A stretch of 64,000 nucleotides of DNA from assembly GCA_963849325.1 (NCBI GenBank), contig CAWKHF010000007.1:224001-288000 (forward strand). Direction: 5' to 3'. The notes under the pieces were generated by a model. That model searched no databases. It was given only the letters and a program-made list of their open reading frames with translations, and was not told the DNA's origin. Made by a program: the position numbers and the translations under genes. The stretch is from an uncultured Planctomycetota bacterium (GTDB lineage Bacteria > Planctomycetota > Planctomycetia > Gemmatales > Gemmataceae). Of this stretch, positions 20,136 to 31,255 are shown piece by piece; position 1 is the first letter of the stretch; every line of letters begins with the position of its first letter.

Positions 20136-23100
20136 CCTCTCTTCGCCCAGCGCGATGCACGGGTGCCCGATCCCGATCCCGAGATCGAGCGCAAGGCGCT
20201 GCAAGTGGCCGACGGCTTCGAGGTCAGTCTCTTCGCCGCTGATCCGCTGCTGGCCAAGCCGATCCAGATGAATTTCGATTCGTCCGGCCGGCTGTGGGTG
20301 GCGTGCAGCGAAGCGTATCCGCAGATCAAGCCGGGACAGAAGGCCAACGACAAAATCATCGTCCTCGAAGACAGCAACGGCGACGGCAAGGCCGATAAAA
20401 CCACCGTCTTCGCCGACGGCCTGCTCATTCCGACCGGCCTGGAACCCGGCGATGGCGGCGTCTACGTCGGCGCCAGCACGGATCTCTTGCACCTGTCGCG
20501 GCCGGACGGCGACAAGGGACCGCTGCGCCGCCGCGTGGTCCTCTCGGGTTTCGGCACCGAGGACACGCATCACCTGGTCCATACGCTGCGCTGGGGCCAC
20601 GACGGTATGTTGTACTTCAACCAATCCATCTATATCCACAGTCACATTGAGACGCCGTATGGCCCACGGCGTCTGGGCGGCGGCGGCGTGTGGCAGTTTC
20701 GGCCGGAGACGCGCCGCCTGGAGGTGTTCGCGCGCGGCTGGTGGAATGCCTGGGGCCATCACTTCGATCGCTGGGGCCAATCGTTCGTCACCGACGGCGC
20801 CGGCACCGAGGGCGTCAACCCGGTAGTGGTCGGCGCCAGCTACACCGCCACGCCGCGAGCGTCGCGCGTCCTGCAAGGGCTGAACCCCGGTCATCCGAAA
20901 TACTGCGGCTGCGAGATCCTCAGCGGCCGACACCTGCCCGAGGCCTGGCGCGGCAGTCTCATTACCAACGACTTCCGCGGCCATCGTGTGTGCCGTTTCA
21001 CGCTGACGCCGGAAGGTTCCGGCTACACGGCCACACTGCAAGCGGACCTCATCAAGAGTAATCACCCCGCCTTCCGCCCGGTGGACGTGAAAATGGGGCC
21101 CGATGGTGCCATTTACATCGCCGACTGGTACAACCCGATTATCCAGCACGGAGAGGTCGATTTCCGCGACCCGCGCCGCGATGTCAGCCACGGCCGTATC
21201 TGGCGCATCACCGCCAAGGGCCGGCCGTTGGTGCCGCATCCGGACTTCAACGTCGCCACCGCCGACCTGTTCAACGCGCTGAAAATGCCGGAGGATTGGA
21301 CGCGCCATCACGCCCGCCGCGTCCTCAAGGAACGCGGGCCGTCCGTTCTGCCGGAGCTGAAGGCGTGGACGGCGAAACTCGACCCCCGCAACCCGGAACA
21401 GGAGCCGTTGCTGCTGGAAGCACTGTGGACGTATCAGTCTCTCGACGTGATGGAGCCGAAGCTGCTGACGATTCTGCTGTCGGCCAACGATTACCGCATT
21501 CGTGCCGCCGCTGTGCGCGTCGTCTCCGCCTGGCACGACCGCCTGCCCGATCCGCTCGACTTGCTGGCGCCGCGCGTGAGCGACGAGCATCCGCAGGTAC
21601 GGCTGGAATCCGTGCGGGCGCTGGGTCAGCTTCATAACGTCCGCGCCGCCGAGTTGGCCCTTCGTGTGCTGGAGAAGCCCATCGATAAGTATCTCGATTA
21701 CGGACTCTGGTTGACGATGCGAGAGTTGGAGTCCTCCTGGCTGCCGGCGTTGCAGGAAGGGCGTTTCATCGCGGGCGGCGATCCACGACGCCTGCTCTTT
21801 GCTTTGCAGTCGGCGGATTCGCGGGCGGTGCTAGGGCCGCTGCTCGGTCTCCTTCGCTCCGGCAAGGCCGGAGACGGCGAAACCGATGTCCTGGCGTTCA
21901 TCGCCACGTTGGGTGGGCCGTCAGAGCTGACTCTGCTGCTCGACCGCGTCGTGGCGGGATCGTCCCGGCCGGTCGCGCAGCGCGTTCGTCTGCTGGAAGC
22001 GCTGGAGCAGGCGACACGCCAGCGCAACGTCCGGCCGGTCGGCGACCTGGCCCGTGTCGTTCCGCTGTTGAAGGAGGATGACGAAACTCTGCGTGCGGTG
22101 GCCGCGCGCGTGGTGGGGCTGTGGGGCGTGGAAGCGGCGCGGCCGCAACTGTTGGAGTTGGCGCGGGCGGACAAGGTGAGTGATCCGCTGCGGCAGGCGG
22201 CCATCGATGGCCTGGCGGCGCTGGGCGGCAAGGCCGGCGTCGAGACTCTGGCACAGCTCGCCGGCGCGGAGGCGTCACCGGCGCGGCGGCGCATGGCCCT
22301 CATCGCCCTGGTACGGCTGGACACAAAAGCCGCCGCGGGGCGCACGGCGGACGTGCTGTCGGCGCTGCCGGGCGGCGAGGAAGCCGTCGGCGTCTTCGAG
22401 GCGTTCTTGCAGCGCAAGGGCGGAGCGGCCCTCCTGGCGGCGGCCCTGCGCCCGGCGAAACTGCCCGCCGACGTCGCCAAGGTCGGCGTCCGCACCGTGC
22501 GCACATCCGGCCGGCCCGATGGCGGACTCGTCGAGGCGTTGACCAAGGCCGGCGGCCTGACCTTCGGGGCACGCACGCTCACGCCGAAAGAGATGCAAGC
22601 GATGGTCGCCGACGTGGCTCGGCTCGGCGATCCGGCCCGCGGCGAGACCGTCTTTCGCCGCAAGGACCAGCTGTGCCTGAAGTGTCATGCCATCGGCGGC
22701 GCCGGCGGTCAGGTCGGTCCCGACCTCAGCAGCATCGGTGCCAGCGCCCCGGTCGATTACCTCATCGAGTCGCTCGTGCAGCCGAACAAGGCCGTCAAGG
22801 AGAATTATCACGCCCTGCTCGTCTCCACGATCAAGGGCCAGCAGTACACGGGCATCAAGGTGCGCGAGACGACGAGGGAACTGGTGCTGCGAACCGGCGA
22901 GGACCAGGAAATCGCCATCCCGGTCAAGGACATCGACGAGCGGACGCAAGGCGGCTCGCTGATGCCGGACGGCCTGACCGACACCCTGACGCGCGGCGAG
23001 TTCCTCGATCTGGTGCGTTTCCTGTCGGAGCTGGGCAAGGTCGGGCCTTACGCCGTCGGCCGACCGCGCCTGGTGCGCCGTTGGCAGGCGCTGGAAACCA

Positions 23101-23516
23101 CGCGCGAAGCCTGGAGCTTTCTCATCCTGGGCGGCGGCCTGACCACGCCGGCGAAGAACGAACGCGGCTTGCAGTGGGGTCCGTTGTACAGTACCGTGGC
23201 CGGCGTCCTGCCGATCGCCGACGCCCCATTGTTCCGACTCGGCCCGGAGAAACGCGGCGTCTCCCTGGTCCGCTGTCAAGTCGATGTCACCACGGCCGGC
23301 CCGGTGCTCGTGCGTCTCAACTCCGCGAAGGGGCTGAAGCTCTGGACCGATGACAATCCCTTGTCGGTGAAGGACGCGCTGGAACTGAACTTGCCGATCG
23401 GCTCCCACACGCTGACCTTTGTCATTGACCGCGACCTCCGCCACGAAGGGCTGCGCTGTGAGTTGGAGGACAAACCCGGCTCACCGGCGCGTGTGCGTGT
23501 CGTTGGTGGGAAATGA
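20043..23516 (+). CDS. PVC-type heme-binding CxxCH protein (propeller dehydrogenase-like domain + HEAT repeats + cytochrome c)
   Basis: GFEVSLFAADP, D.NGDGKAD, FRPVDVKMGPDGAIYIADWYN, HEAT repeats, GDPARGETVF..CLKCH, VGPDLS, SLMPDGL. Confidence 0.92.
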   Translation: MNDWRRRGRGFAWLPKFFGLICVYLCSSVVNPLFAQRDARVPDPDPEIERKALQVADGFEVSLFAADPLLAKPIQMNFDSSGRLWVACSEAYPQIKPGQKANDKIIVLEDSNGDGKADKTTVFADGLLIPTGLEPGDGGVYVGASTDLLHLSRPDGDKGPLRRRVVLSGFGTEDTHHLVHTLRWGHDGMLYFNQSIYIHSHIETPYGPRRLGGGGVWQFRPETRRLEVFARGWWNAWGHHFDRWGQSFVTDGAGTEGVNPVVVGASYTATPRASRVLQGLNPGHPKYCGCEILSGRHLPEAWRGSLITNDFRGHRVCRFTLTPEGSGYTATLQADLIKSNHPAFRPVDVKMGPDGAIYIADWYNPIIQHGEVDFRDPRRDVSHGRIWRITAKGRPLVPHPDFNVATADLFNALKMPEDWTRHHARRVLKERGPSVLPELKAWTAKLDPRNPEQEPLLLEALWTYQSLDVMEPKLLTILLSANDYRIRAAAVRVVSAWHDRLPDPLDLLAPRVSDEHPQVRLESVRALGQLHNVRAAELALRVLEKPIDKYLDYGLWLTMRELESSWLPALQEGRFIAGGDPRRLLFALQSADSRAVLGPLLGLLRSGKAGDGETDVLAFIATLGGPSELTLLLDRVVAGSSRPVAQRVRLLEALEQATRQRNVRPVGDLARVVPLLKEDDETLRAVAARVVGLWGVEAARPQLLELARADKVSDPLRQAAIDGLAALGGKAGVETLAQLAGAEASPARRRMALIALVRLDTKAAAGRTADVLSALPGGEEAVGVFEAFLQRKGGAALLAAALRPAKLPADVAKVGVRTVRTSGRPDGGLVEALTKAGGLTFGARTLTPKEMQAMVADVARLGDPARGETVFRRKDQLCLKCHAIGGAGGQVGPDLSSIGASAPVDYLIESLVQPNKAVKENYHALLVSTIKGQQYTGIKVRETTRELVLRTGEDQEIAIPVKDIDERTQGGSLMPDGLTDTLTRGEFLDLVRFLSELGKVGPYAVGRPRLVRRWQALETTREAWSFLILGGGLTTPAKNERGLQWGPLYSTVAGVLPIADAPLFRLGPEKRGVSLVRCQVDVTTAGPVLVRLNSAKGLKLWTDDNPLSVKDALELNLPIGSHTLTFVIDRDLRHEGLRCELEDKPGSPARVRVVGGK

Positions 23517-23527
23517 ATTCCTCGTCC

Positions 23528-23598
23528 GTTCTGAGTTCTGAGTGAGAAAAGCACGCTGCTTGTTCTTCACTCAGAACTCAGAACTCAGAACTCAGAAC
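23528..23598. repeat. Heptamer (TCAGAAC) tandem-unit inverted repeat
   Basis: GTTCTGAGTTCTGAGTGA followed by TCACTCAGAACTCAGAACTCAGAACTCAGAAC. Confidence 0.85.
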
Positions 23599-23642
23599 TT
23601 TTGATTGCAGTTCGCCCCGCGCCCGGATAGATTACAATATCC

Positions 23643-25097
23643 ATGGTGCCGAAGATTCCTCCCCTTCAACGATCGCCCTCGCCATCGCCGGGAAGGACGG
23701 ATGCGTCCCGGGTCGAGGGGGACAGTGCGCCGGCGGACATGATGGACAAGACCAACCCTGATCCCGCCCAGCCGCAGCTGGGCCTGCCGGGTGAGGCACT
23801 GCACGAAGTGCGCACCCTCGGCGAGTACCGCATCCTGCGCCGTCTCGGCGAGGGCGGCATGGGTGCCGTCTACCTCGGCTATCACGAGGGCAAGGACCAG
23901 CAGGTCGCCATCAAGGTGCTCGGCGAAAACCTGGCCAGCAACCAGGGGTACGTCGATCGCTTCTACCGCGAGGCCAAGAGCGGCGCCCTGCTCAACCATC
24001 CCAACATCGTCCGCACCCTCAACGTCGGCCAGGACCAGGCGACCGCCATGCACTACCTGGTGCTGGAGTTCGTGGACGGACCGACGGCGCAGGCACTGCT
24101 GGACCATCAAGGCCGGCTGGCCCTGGGCGACGCGGTCCACATCGCCCTGGACGTGGCCCGGGCCCTGGAGCACGCCCACTCGCGCAACATCGTCCACCGC
24201 GACATCAAGCCGGACAACATCCTCATCACGCGCTCGGGCGTCTCGAAGTTGGTCGATCTCGGCCTGGCTCGCCGCACCGACGAGACCAGCCATCTGACCG
24301 CCGCTCGCCAGGGCTTCGGCACCACCCACTACATGCCCTACGAGCAGGCCGTCAACGCCCGCTGCGCCGACGGCCGCAGCGACATCTACGCCCTGGGTGC
24401 GACCCTCTATCACCTGGTCACCGGGTCGGTGCCCTTTCCCGGCGACAATCACCTGGACGTCGTCGAGAAGAAGAACCACGGCGCCTTCACGCCGGCCAGC
24501 AAGCTCAACGCGGCCGTGCCGCCGGTGCTGGATCACATCCTGTCCCGCATGTTGGCCCGCGAGCCGCGCGACCGCTACCAGACGGCCAGCGAGCTGATCG
24601 TCGATCTGGAGCGCTCGCGCCTGGCCGCTCCCGTGCCGACCTTCGCCGATCCCAATCAGGCGCTGCAAGACCCGTGGGTGCAGCAGTGCCTGGCCTCGTC
24701 GGCCGAGCCGACGCGCCTGGACCCGGAGATGCCCGCGGCCGCCACGTCTTCCGCGTCGAAACCCGAGTCCAACGGCGTGTGGATCTTGCGCTACCGCAAT
24801 CCGGCCGGCAAGCTGTGCCGAGCGCGGGCGAGCACCGAGGAGATCGTCACCCGTCTGCGCCGCGGCCGACTGTCCGCCCGCGTCGAGGCTCGCCACGCCG
24901 ACAACGCGGACTATCACCCTCTGTCGTTCTACCCCGAATTCAAGGACGCCGCTCCGCCCTCTCGGCCGTCGCGCAAACGACCGAAGACGGACGAGGAAAA
25001 GAAGGCCGACGCCGCTGCCACCGAGTCGGCCGTTGAGCCGCAGCCACGGCTTTTGAAGGGTTTACGCGGTTGGGTGGTTCGGTGGCTGGGGGGTTAG
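23643..25097 (+). CDS. Hanks-type Ser/Thr protein kinase with small C-terminal domain
   Basis: LGEGGMGAVY, VAIKVL, HRDIKPDN, DLGLA, GTTHYMPYEQ, SDIYALG. Confidence 0.93.
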   Translation: MVPKIPPLQRSPSPSPGRTDASRVEGDSAPADMMDKTNPDPAQPQLGLPGEALHEVRTLGEYRILRRLGEGGMGAVYLGYHEGKDQQVAIKVLGENLASNQGYVDRFYREAKSGALLNHPNIVRTLNVGQDQATAMHYLVLEFVDGPTAQALLDHQGRLALGDAVHIALDVARALEHAHSRNIVHRDIKPDNILITRSGVSKLVDLGLARRTDETSHLTAARQGFGTTHYMPYEQAVNARCADGRSDIYALGATLYHLVTGSVPFPGDNHLDVVEKKNHGAFTPASKLNAAVPPVLDHILSRMLAREPRDRYQTASELIVDLERSRLAAPVPTFADPNQALQDPWVQQCLASSAEPTRLDPEMPAAATSSASKPESNGVWILRYRNPAGKLCRARASTEEIVTRLRRGRLSARVEARHADNADYHPLSFYPEFKDAAPPSRPSRKRPKTDEEKKADAAATESAVEPQPRLLKGLRGWVVRWLGG

Positions 25098-25346
25098 GTG
25101 CCTCGTTCCGCAATCGCTTCCTCACCATCCAACCGCGGAACCACCAGGGGAGACCGGGGTTGAATAGATCGGACCCGGATTCCCTCCTCGGGAATCCCGT
25201 GGCCCGCCGCCACGTCTCAAGAAGAGGCGCGCCCCTCCGTTCGCCGGGGGCCGGCGCGGCCGATTTGCCTGTTTTGGTCCGGTCTTGCATACTCGTCTTG
25301 TGGGACGCATCCAGCCACGCCCTCTGCAACGGGGAGACATTCGGCC

Positions 25347-26036
25347 ATGAAACGCTTTCTGGGACTTGTCGGCATTCTCCTATGTGCCACGGTGACTCGG
25401 GGCGCCGAGGTGGGCGACCTGGTCAAGCAACTCAAGGACGGCGACAACGACGCCCGCCGGGCGGCGGCCAAGGCGCTGGGCGAGGGCGGCGCCGAATCGA
25501 AGGCGGCCGTGCCGGCGCTGATCGCGGCGCTGAAAGACAAGGACTTGTTCGTTCGTCGCTTTTCGGCCCAGGCGCTGGGCGAGATCGGCTCCGACGCCCA
25601 CGCGGCGGTGCGGCCGCTGACGGCGGCCCTCAACGATCCCAAGAAGGAAGTGCAGATCGCCGCCGCTCGCGCCCTGGCCAAGCTGGGACCGTCCGGCGTC
25701 TCGACGCTGGTCGCCATCCTCAAGGACGACGACAAAGATCCGATGACTCGCCGTCAAGCCATCTCTTCGCTTAGCGATGCGGGCGCCGACGCCCGCTCGG
25801 CCGTGCCAGTGCTGACGGAGATCGTCAAGGAGAGGGTCGCCGGCAAGGGCAAGAAAAAGATGGCCCCCGAAGACCTGCGCATTGATGCCGCCACCGCTCT
25901 CGGCGTCCTCGCCCGACCCTCCGACAAGGAGACCATCGCAACGCTCGAAGCGCTGACCGAAAAGAAGGCGAAGACGCCGCGCGGACTCAAGCAGGCCGCC
26001 AACGCCGCGCTGAAGAAGATTCGTAGGAACAAGTAA
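25347..26036 (+). CDS. Exported HEAT-repeat protein
   Basis: Signal peptide; repeated AVP.L...LKD.D..VR..AA.ALG motifs. Confidence 0.85.
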   Translation: MKRFLGLVGILLCATVTRGAEVGDLVKQLKDGDNDARRAAAKALGEGGAESKAAVPALIAALKDKDLFVRRFSAQALGEIGSDAHAAVRPLTAALNDPKKEVQIAAARALAKLGPSGVSTLVAILKDDDKDPMTRRQAISSLSDAGADARSAVPVLTEIVKERVAGKGKKKMAPEDLRIDAATALGVLARPSDKETIATLEALTEKKAKTPRGLKQAANAALKKIRRNK

Positions 26037-26113
26037 ACCATTGCAACGACTCCCCGGCCCGCCGCGCTGGCGCGGCGGGCTGGCCCTTTCTGTCGCCACA
26101 TGATTCCTCCATT

Positions 26114-26598
26114 GTGGATACGGGAGAGCTACTGACGCGCTGGAGTGTCCGCCTGGCCCTGGCCCTGTACGTCCTGGGCCTCGTCCTGCGGTGGGGTGCT
26201 CGCGGACGTCATCGCTGGCTCATTCGGGCACGCCTGGCCTGGACCGCTGGCTGCCTGGCCTTCCTCGTTCACGTGGCATGCGCCTTTCAGTTCTATCATG
26301 GTTGGAGCCATGCCGCCGCCTACGTCGAAACGGCACGGCGGACGGCGGCGGTGGTCGGCTGGGACTGGGGCGGCGGCCTGTACGCCAATTATGCCTTCAC
26401 CCTCGTATGGCTGGTGGACGCCCTCTGGTGGTGGCGCGGCCTGGAGGCGTATGAGAACGTCCCCGCGTCCTCGCCTGGAGCGTGCAAGGCTTTCTGGCAT
26501 TCATGGCCTTCAACGCCACGGTCGTCTTCGCGGAGGGAACGATTCGCTGGGTGAGTTTCGCGGTCTGTCTTGGGCTGTTGGTATGGCGGTGGAGTTGA
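26114..26598 (+). CDS. Hypothetical integral membrane protein (frameshift near 26455)
   Basis: Hydrophobic helices, HVACAFQFYHGWSHAAAY; continues in another frame as QGFLAFMAFNATVVF to TGA at 26598. Confidence 0.7.
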
Positions 26599-26691
26599 CG
26601 GGGACGTTTGACGCCGGCCGCAGGCGCTGCGATAATTCGGCGCATCGGAGGCCATTCCCCGTTCGACACGTTCCGATAGGAGGATCCTCTC

Positions 26692-28180
26692 ATGGCTACC
26701 GCAACCAAGCCAAAGGCTCGCGCCGTCAAGCCGCCCAGGGTCAAGGACCAGTCGCTCTTCATCGGCGGCAAGTGGGTCGATAGTGTGTCGGGCAAGACGT
26801 TCCCGACGATCAATCCGGCCACCGGCGAAACGATCTGCCAGGTGGCCGAGGCCGACAAGGCCGACGTGGACCGCGCCGTCAAGGCCGCTCGCAAGGCGTT
26901 CGAGGACGGACCCTGGCCGAAGATGAGTGCCGCCGAGCGCGGTCGGCTGCTGCACAAGCTCGCCGACCTCCTCGAGTCCAACCAGGACGAATTGGCCGCT
27001 CTCGAATCGCTCGACAACGGCAAGCCGCTGCGCGACTCGCTCAACGCCGATCTGCCGCTGAGCATCAAGTGCTACCGCTATTACGCCGGCTGGGCCGATA
27101 AGAACCACGGCAAGACCATCCCCGTCGAAGGTCCGTACTTCTGCTATACCCGGCACGAACCGATCGGGGTCGTCGGCCAGATCATCCCGTGGAACTTCCC
27201 GCTCTTGATGCAGGCGTGGAAGTGGGGCCCGGCCCTGGCCAGCGGGTGTACCATCGTGCTCAAGCCCGCCGAGCAAACGCCGTTGACCGCCCTGCGCGTG
27301 GCGGCGCTGGCGCAGGAGGCCGGCTTTCCCGACGGCGTCATCAATGTCGTGCCCGGCTTTGGCCCGACCGCCGGCGCCGCCATCAGCGAACACATGGACA
27401 TCGACAAGGTCGCCTTCACCGGCGAGCACACGACCGGCCAAATCATCATGACCGCCGCCGCCAAGAGCAACCTCAAGCGCGTCAGCCTGGAGCTGGGCGG
27501 CAAAAGTCCCAACGTCGTCTTCGCCGACGCCGATCTCGACGCCGCCGTCGAGGGCGCCTACTTCGGCCTGTTCTTCAACCAGGGCCAGTGCTGCTGCGCC
27601 GGCAGCCGATTGTTCGTCGAGGAGAAAGTTCACGACCAATTTGTCGAGAAAGTGCTGCACAAGGCGAAGACGCGCAAGGTGGGCGATCCGTTCGACCCGG
27701 CCACCGAGCAGGGACCGCAGGTGTCGCGGGAGCAGTTCGACCGCATCATGGGCTACATCGACGCCGGCCAAAAAGAGGGGGCGAAGATGCTCTGCGGCGG
27801 CAGCCGAATCGGCGATCGCGGTTTCTTCATCGCGCCGACCGTGTTCGACGAAGTCCGGGATGACATGAAGATTGCCCGCGAGGAGATTTTCGGGCCGGTC
27901 ATGAATATCCTCAAGTTCAAGGATCTCGACGAAGTGGTCCGCCGCGGCAATCAGACGTTCTACGGTCTGGCCGCGGCGGTGTGGACGCGCGACATCACCA
28001 AGGCGCACCGCCTGGCCAATGGCCTGCGCCGGGACGGTGTGGATCAACTGCTACGACGTCTTCGACGCCGCCGCGCCGTTCGGCGGCTTCAAGATGAGCG
28101 GCTTCGGCCGCGAGCTGGGCGAGTACGCCCTGGAGCTGTACACCGAGGTCAAGACGGTTTACGTCCATCTCGGTGAATGA
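26692..28180 (+). CDS. Aldehyde dehydrogenase (ALDH1/2-like; frameshift near 28030)
   Basis: [60 protein letters not shown] in the shifted frame. Confidence 0.95.
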
Positions 28181-28189
28181 GTCAAGTTG

Positions 28190-28251
28190 GGCGAGCGGGG
28201 GGCGTTAGCCCCCTGTTGCATCCAACAGGGGGCTAACGCCCCCCGCTCGCC
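28190..28251. repeat. REP-like palindrome, 29-bp arms
   Basis: GGCGAGCGGGGGGCGTTAGCCCCCTGTTG and its reverse complement; related to 40069-40144. Confidence 0.9.
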
Positions 28252-28370
28252 TCACAAGCCGCACTTCGCGCCCGCGGCAGGCCATGCTATAAGCGCTGCA
28301 GATCGATTCGGTTCGCCGTCCCTCCCGCATGGGCGGCGGAGTCCGCGGCTCATACAGGAGGAGGAGACCT

Positions 28371-29168
28371 ATGCTTCGATACGGGTTGGTCCTGGCCGCC
28401 CTGTTGCTGGCGAGCCTGCCCGCCAGCGCCCAGCAAGCCCCCGCCACGCCGCCGGCGGCGCCGCCCGCCGACGACAAGGCGCTGGACGGCCATCTGCAAA
28501 ACTGGGAACGAGCCATGAAAGACGTGACGGCCCTGGCTGCCCAGCTTATCCGCATCGACAAGGACCGCACCTTCGAGCAGACCGTCAAGCTGGTCGGCGA
28601 AGCCTACTACATGAAGGACGGCACCGGACCCACCGCGCTCAACCTGGCGCAGCTGGAGATGCGCCTGGACGGCAAAAAAGAGATCAAGGAAAAGTTCATC
28701 TGCACCGGCACTTACCTGTACCAGTACCTGCCGGAACAGAAGGAAATTCGCGTCTACGAGTTGCCCAAGCCGAAGCCGGGACAGGTGGCCGAGGACAATC
28801 TGCTGTCGCTGCTGTTCGGCATGAAGGCCGCGGAGGCCAAGGGCCGGTACAACCTCAAGCTGGCCAAGGAAGATCAGTATTACATTTACGTGGACATCGC
28901 GCCGCGCTCGCCGGCCGACCGGGCCGACTTCCAGCGCGCCCGCCTGGTGCTGAACAAGACCAACTACCTGCCGCGCCAGCTGTGGTTCGAGCACGCCAAT
29001 GGCAACGAAGTCATGTGGGACATTCCCAACCTGCGCAGCGACGTTAAGCTGGATCGCCGCGCCTTCGATGCGCCCAAGCCGCCGGAGGGTTGGAAGCTGG
29101 TGCCCGTCACCCGCGAGGCGCAGTCGCAGCCGCGCATCGTTCGTCCCACCGGCCCCGGCAGCCCATGA
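28371..29168 (+). CDS. Planctomycete LolA-like periplasmic protein (TIGR03009-like)
   Basis: Strong SD, signal peptide, LDGHLQNWE, EKFICTG, LSLLFGMKAAEAKGRY, YLPRQLWF, PPEGWK. Confidence 0.75.
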   Translation: MLRYGLVLAALLLASLPASAQQAPATPPAAPPADDKALDGHLQNWERAMKDVTALAAQLIRIDKDRTFEQTVKLVGEAYYMKDGTGPTALNLAQLEMRLDGKKEIKEKFICTGTYLYQYLPEQKEIRVYELPKPKPGQVAEDNLLSLLFGMKAAEAKGRYNLKLAKEDQYYIYVDIAPRSPADRADFQRARLVLNKTNYLPRQLWFEHANGNEVMWDIPNLRSDVKLDRRAFDAPKPPEGWKLVPVTREAQSQPRIVRPTGPGSP

Positions 29169-29385
29169 CGCACCAGGGCCATCCGCTTGTGCGAGCATCG
29201 GGGTCCGGCGCGCACCGGCCGGACCACGATGCTTGCGCGCCTCCCGTCTCCATCTTTCGGGGAGAAAAAAGCCTCCTCTCCCGCTTCCAGGCTTTATAAT
29301 GACAGCACCCTGGGAAGGCCGCAACCGCCGGGTGGGGCGGTCCTTGCCTACGAACCGTGTCCCCTTTCTTCAAGGAGCTGTCCCG

Positions 29386-30100
29386 ATGCGTCCTCACGTG
29401 AAATGGCTGTTGACGGCGGCCCTCGTCGCCGTGGTGGCCGCGCCCGCCGCAGGCCAGCTCCTCCCGGGCGGCAGGATCCCCCTTTTGCAGAATGGCCTCG
29501 ATTCGTCGATCCTCCTGCTCAACTCCGGCGTCCAGAAAGAAATCAAGCTCAGCGACGAGCAGCGCGACAAGTTCCGCCAGATCGTCAAGGGGGTTCACGA
29601 CAAATATCAGCCGGAGCTGAACAAGGCCATCGCGGCCCGCGATCAGAAGCAGTGGCTCAAACTCATGGGTGAATCCACCCGCGGAGACGTCGGATCGCGT
29701 CCACAAAGCCCTCCCCGACCTTCTCCAGCCGGAACAGGCCAAGCGCCTCCAGCAGATCGAGTTGCAGGTCAACGGCTTCCTGTCTCTGAACAAGCCGGAC
29801 GTGCAGACACAGCTCAACCTCACCGAAAAACAACGCGACGAAATCAAGGAGATCAACGACGGCTTCAAGCAGGATCTCGCCGAGGCGGTGAAGGATGCGG
29901 CCGCTTCGGCACCGGAGAAACTCCTGGAAAAGGCACGTCAGGCCGTCGAGACGGCCCGCAAAATCAAGACCTTGGCGGACGCGGCCACCAAGAAGGCGTT
30001 CGGCACGCTGACCGACGAGCAGCGGAAAACGTGGAAAGAAATGACCGGGGAGAAGTTCGAGTTGAAGCTGGAGCTCCTGAACCGGCCGAGCAAACGCTAA
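29386..30100 (+). CDS. Exported LTXXQ-motif (Spy/CpxP-like) helical protein; frameshift near 29680
   Basis: VQKEIKLSDEQ, LQPEQAKRL, LNLTEKQ, LTDEQRKTWKEMTGEKF. Confidence 0.75.
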
Positions 30101-30105
30101 TAGCC

Positions 30106-30161
30106 ATCGGAGCCTGAAGCGTAAGCGAAGAGCCCTCTTCGCTTACGCTTCAGGCTCCGAT
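30106..30161. repeat. REP-like palindrome
   Basis: ATCGGAGCCTGAAGCGTAAGCGAAGAG and its reverse complement; same family as the 18376-18801 ends. Confidence 0.9.
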
Positions 30162-30181
30162 AAAGATGCTGAGGATTTGTC

Positions 30182-31175
30182 GTGACCAACGGCGACCGTT
30201 CGCTGGCCATCTTCATCGACTTCGAGAACCTCGCCCTGGGTTTCCAGGGACGGCGCGATCGTTTCGACATCGAGCGCGTGCTCGAACGGTTGGTGGAGAA
30301 AGGCAAGATCGTCTGCAAGAAGGCGTATGCCGACTGGAGCCGCTTCGCCAGCTTCACCACTCAGCTGCACGAATCGGCCATCGAGCTGATCGAGATCCCG
30401 CGCCGTGCCCAGAGCGGCAAGAACTCGGCCGACATTCGCCTGTGCGTCGATGCCATGGACCTGGCTTATTCCAAGGACCACATCGACACCTTCGTCGTCG
30501 TCTCCGGCGACAGCGATTTTTCGCCGCTGGTGTCCAAGCTCAAGGAGTTGGGCAAGCACGTCATTGGCCTGGGCATGCAGGAATCGACGTCCGACCTGCT
30601 GCGCGACAACTGCGATGAGTTCATCTACTACGAGGACCTGGGTAAACAGCCGGCGCTGGTGCCGACGATGGAGGCGCACCTGCCCGAGGCCAAGCGCAAG
30701 GCGTTCGCCCTGCTGATGGAGTCGCTGTTGGCCCTGCGCCGCGAGAACAAGGAGGTGCTGTGGTCGTCGATGATTAAGGACACGATGAAGCGCAAAAAGC
30801 CGTCTTTCAACGAGTCGTATCACGGCTACCGCACCTTCAGCGAGCTTCTCGAAGACGCCCAGAAGGAAGGACTGGTCGAGCTGGAGACGGACAAGCGCAG
30901 CCGCACCTATGTCGTGACGCGCTTCGGCGAGGAGTTGAGCGTCCCCGCGGCGCCCGAGATGGCCCCGGCGAAGAAAAAGTCGCGGCGGCGGCGCGGCTCG
31001 TCCAAGCGGAAGACGAAGGCGACCGACGCCGCCGAAGCGGGGAACGGCTCCTCCGCCACGTCGGACAGCACGCCGGCCGAATCCGCGGCGTTGCCGGAGG
31101 CGCTCTCCCGAGTCGGACGCGGAATCCTCGCCATCGGTCGAGTCCGGGATCGAGGACCACGACATTCTGTTTTGA
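30182..31175 (+). CDS. NYN domain (LabA/DUF88) protein with OST-HTH/LOTUS domain; 3' end inferred through a frameshift near 31100
   Basis: AIFIDFENL, KAYADW, GKNSADIRLCVDAMD, VSGDSDFSPL, CDEFIYY, PSFNESYHGYRTFSELLE. Confidence 0.88.
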
Positions 31176-31255
31176 CCCGTGCCGTGGCCGGCGGTCTTCC
31201 TTGTCGTGAGCTACACTTGCGCCAGACGTGTTGCTCTCCATCGAGGAACGCCATC

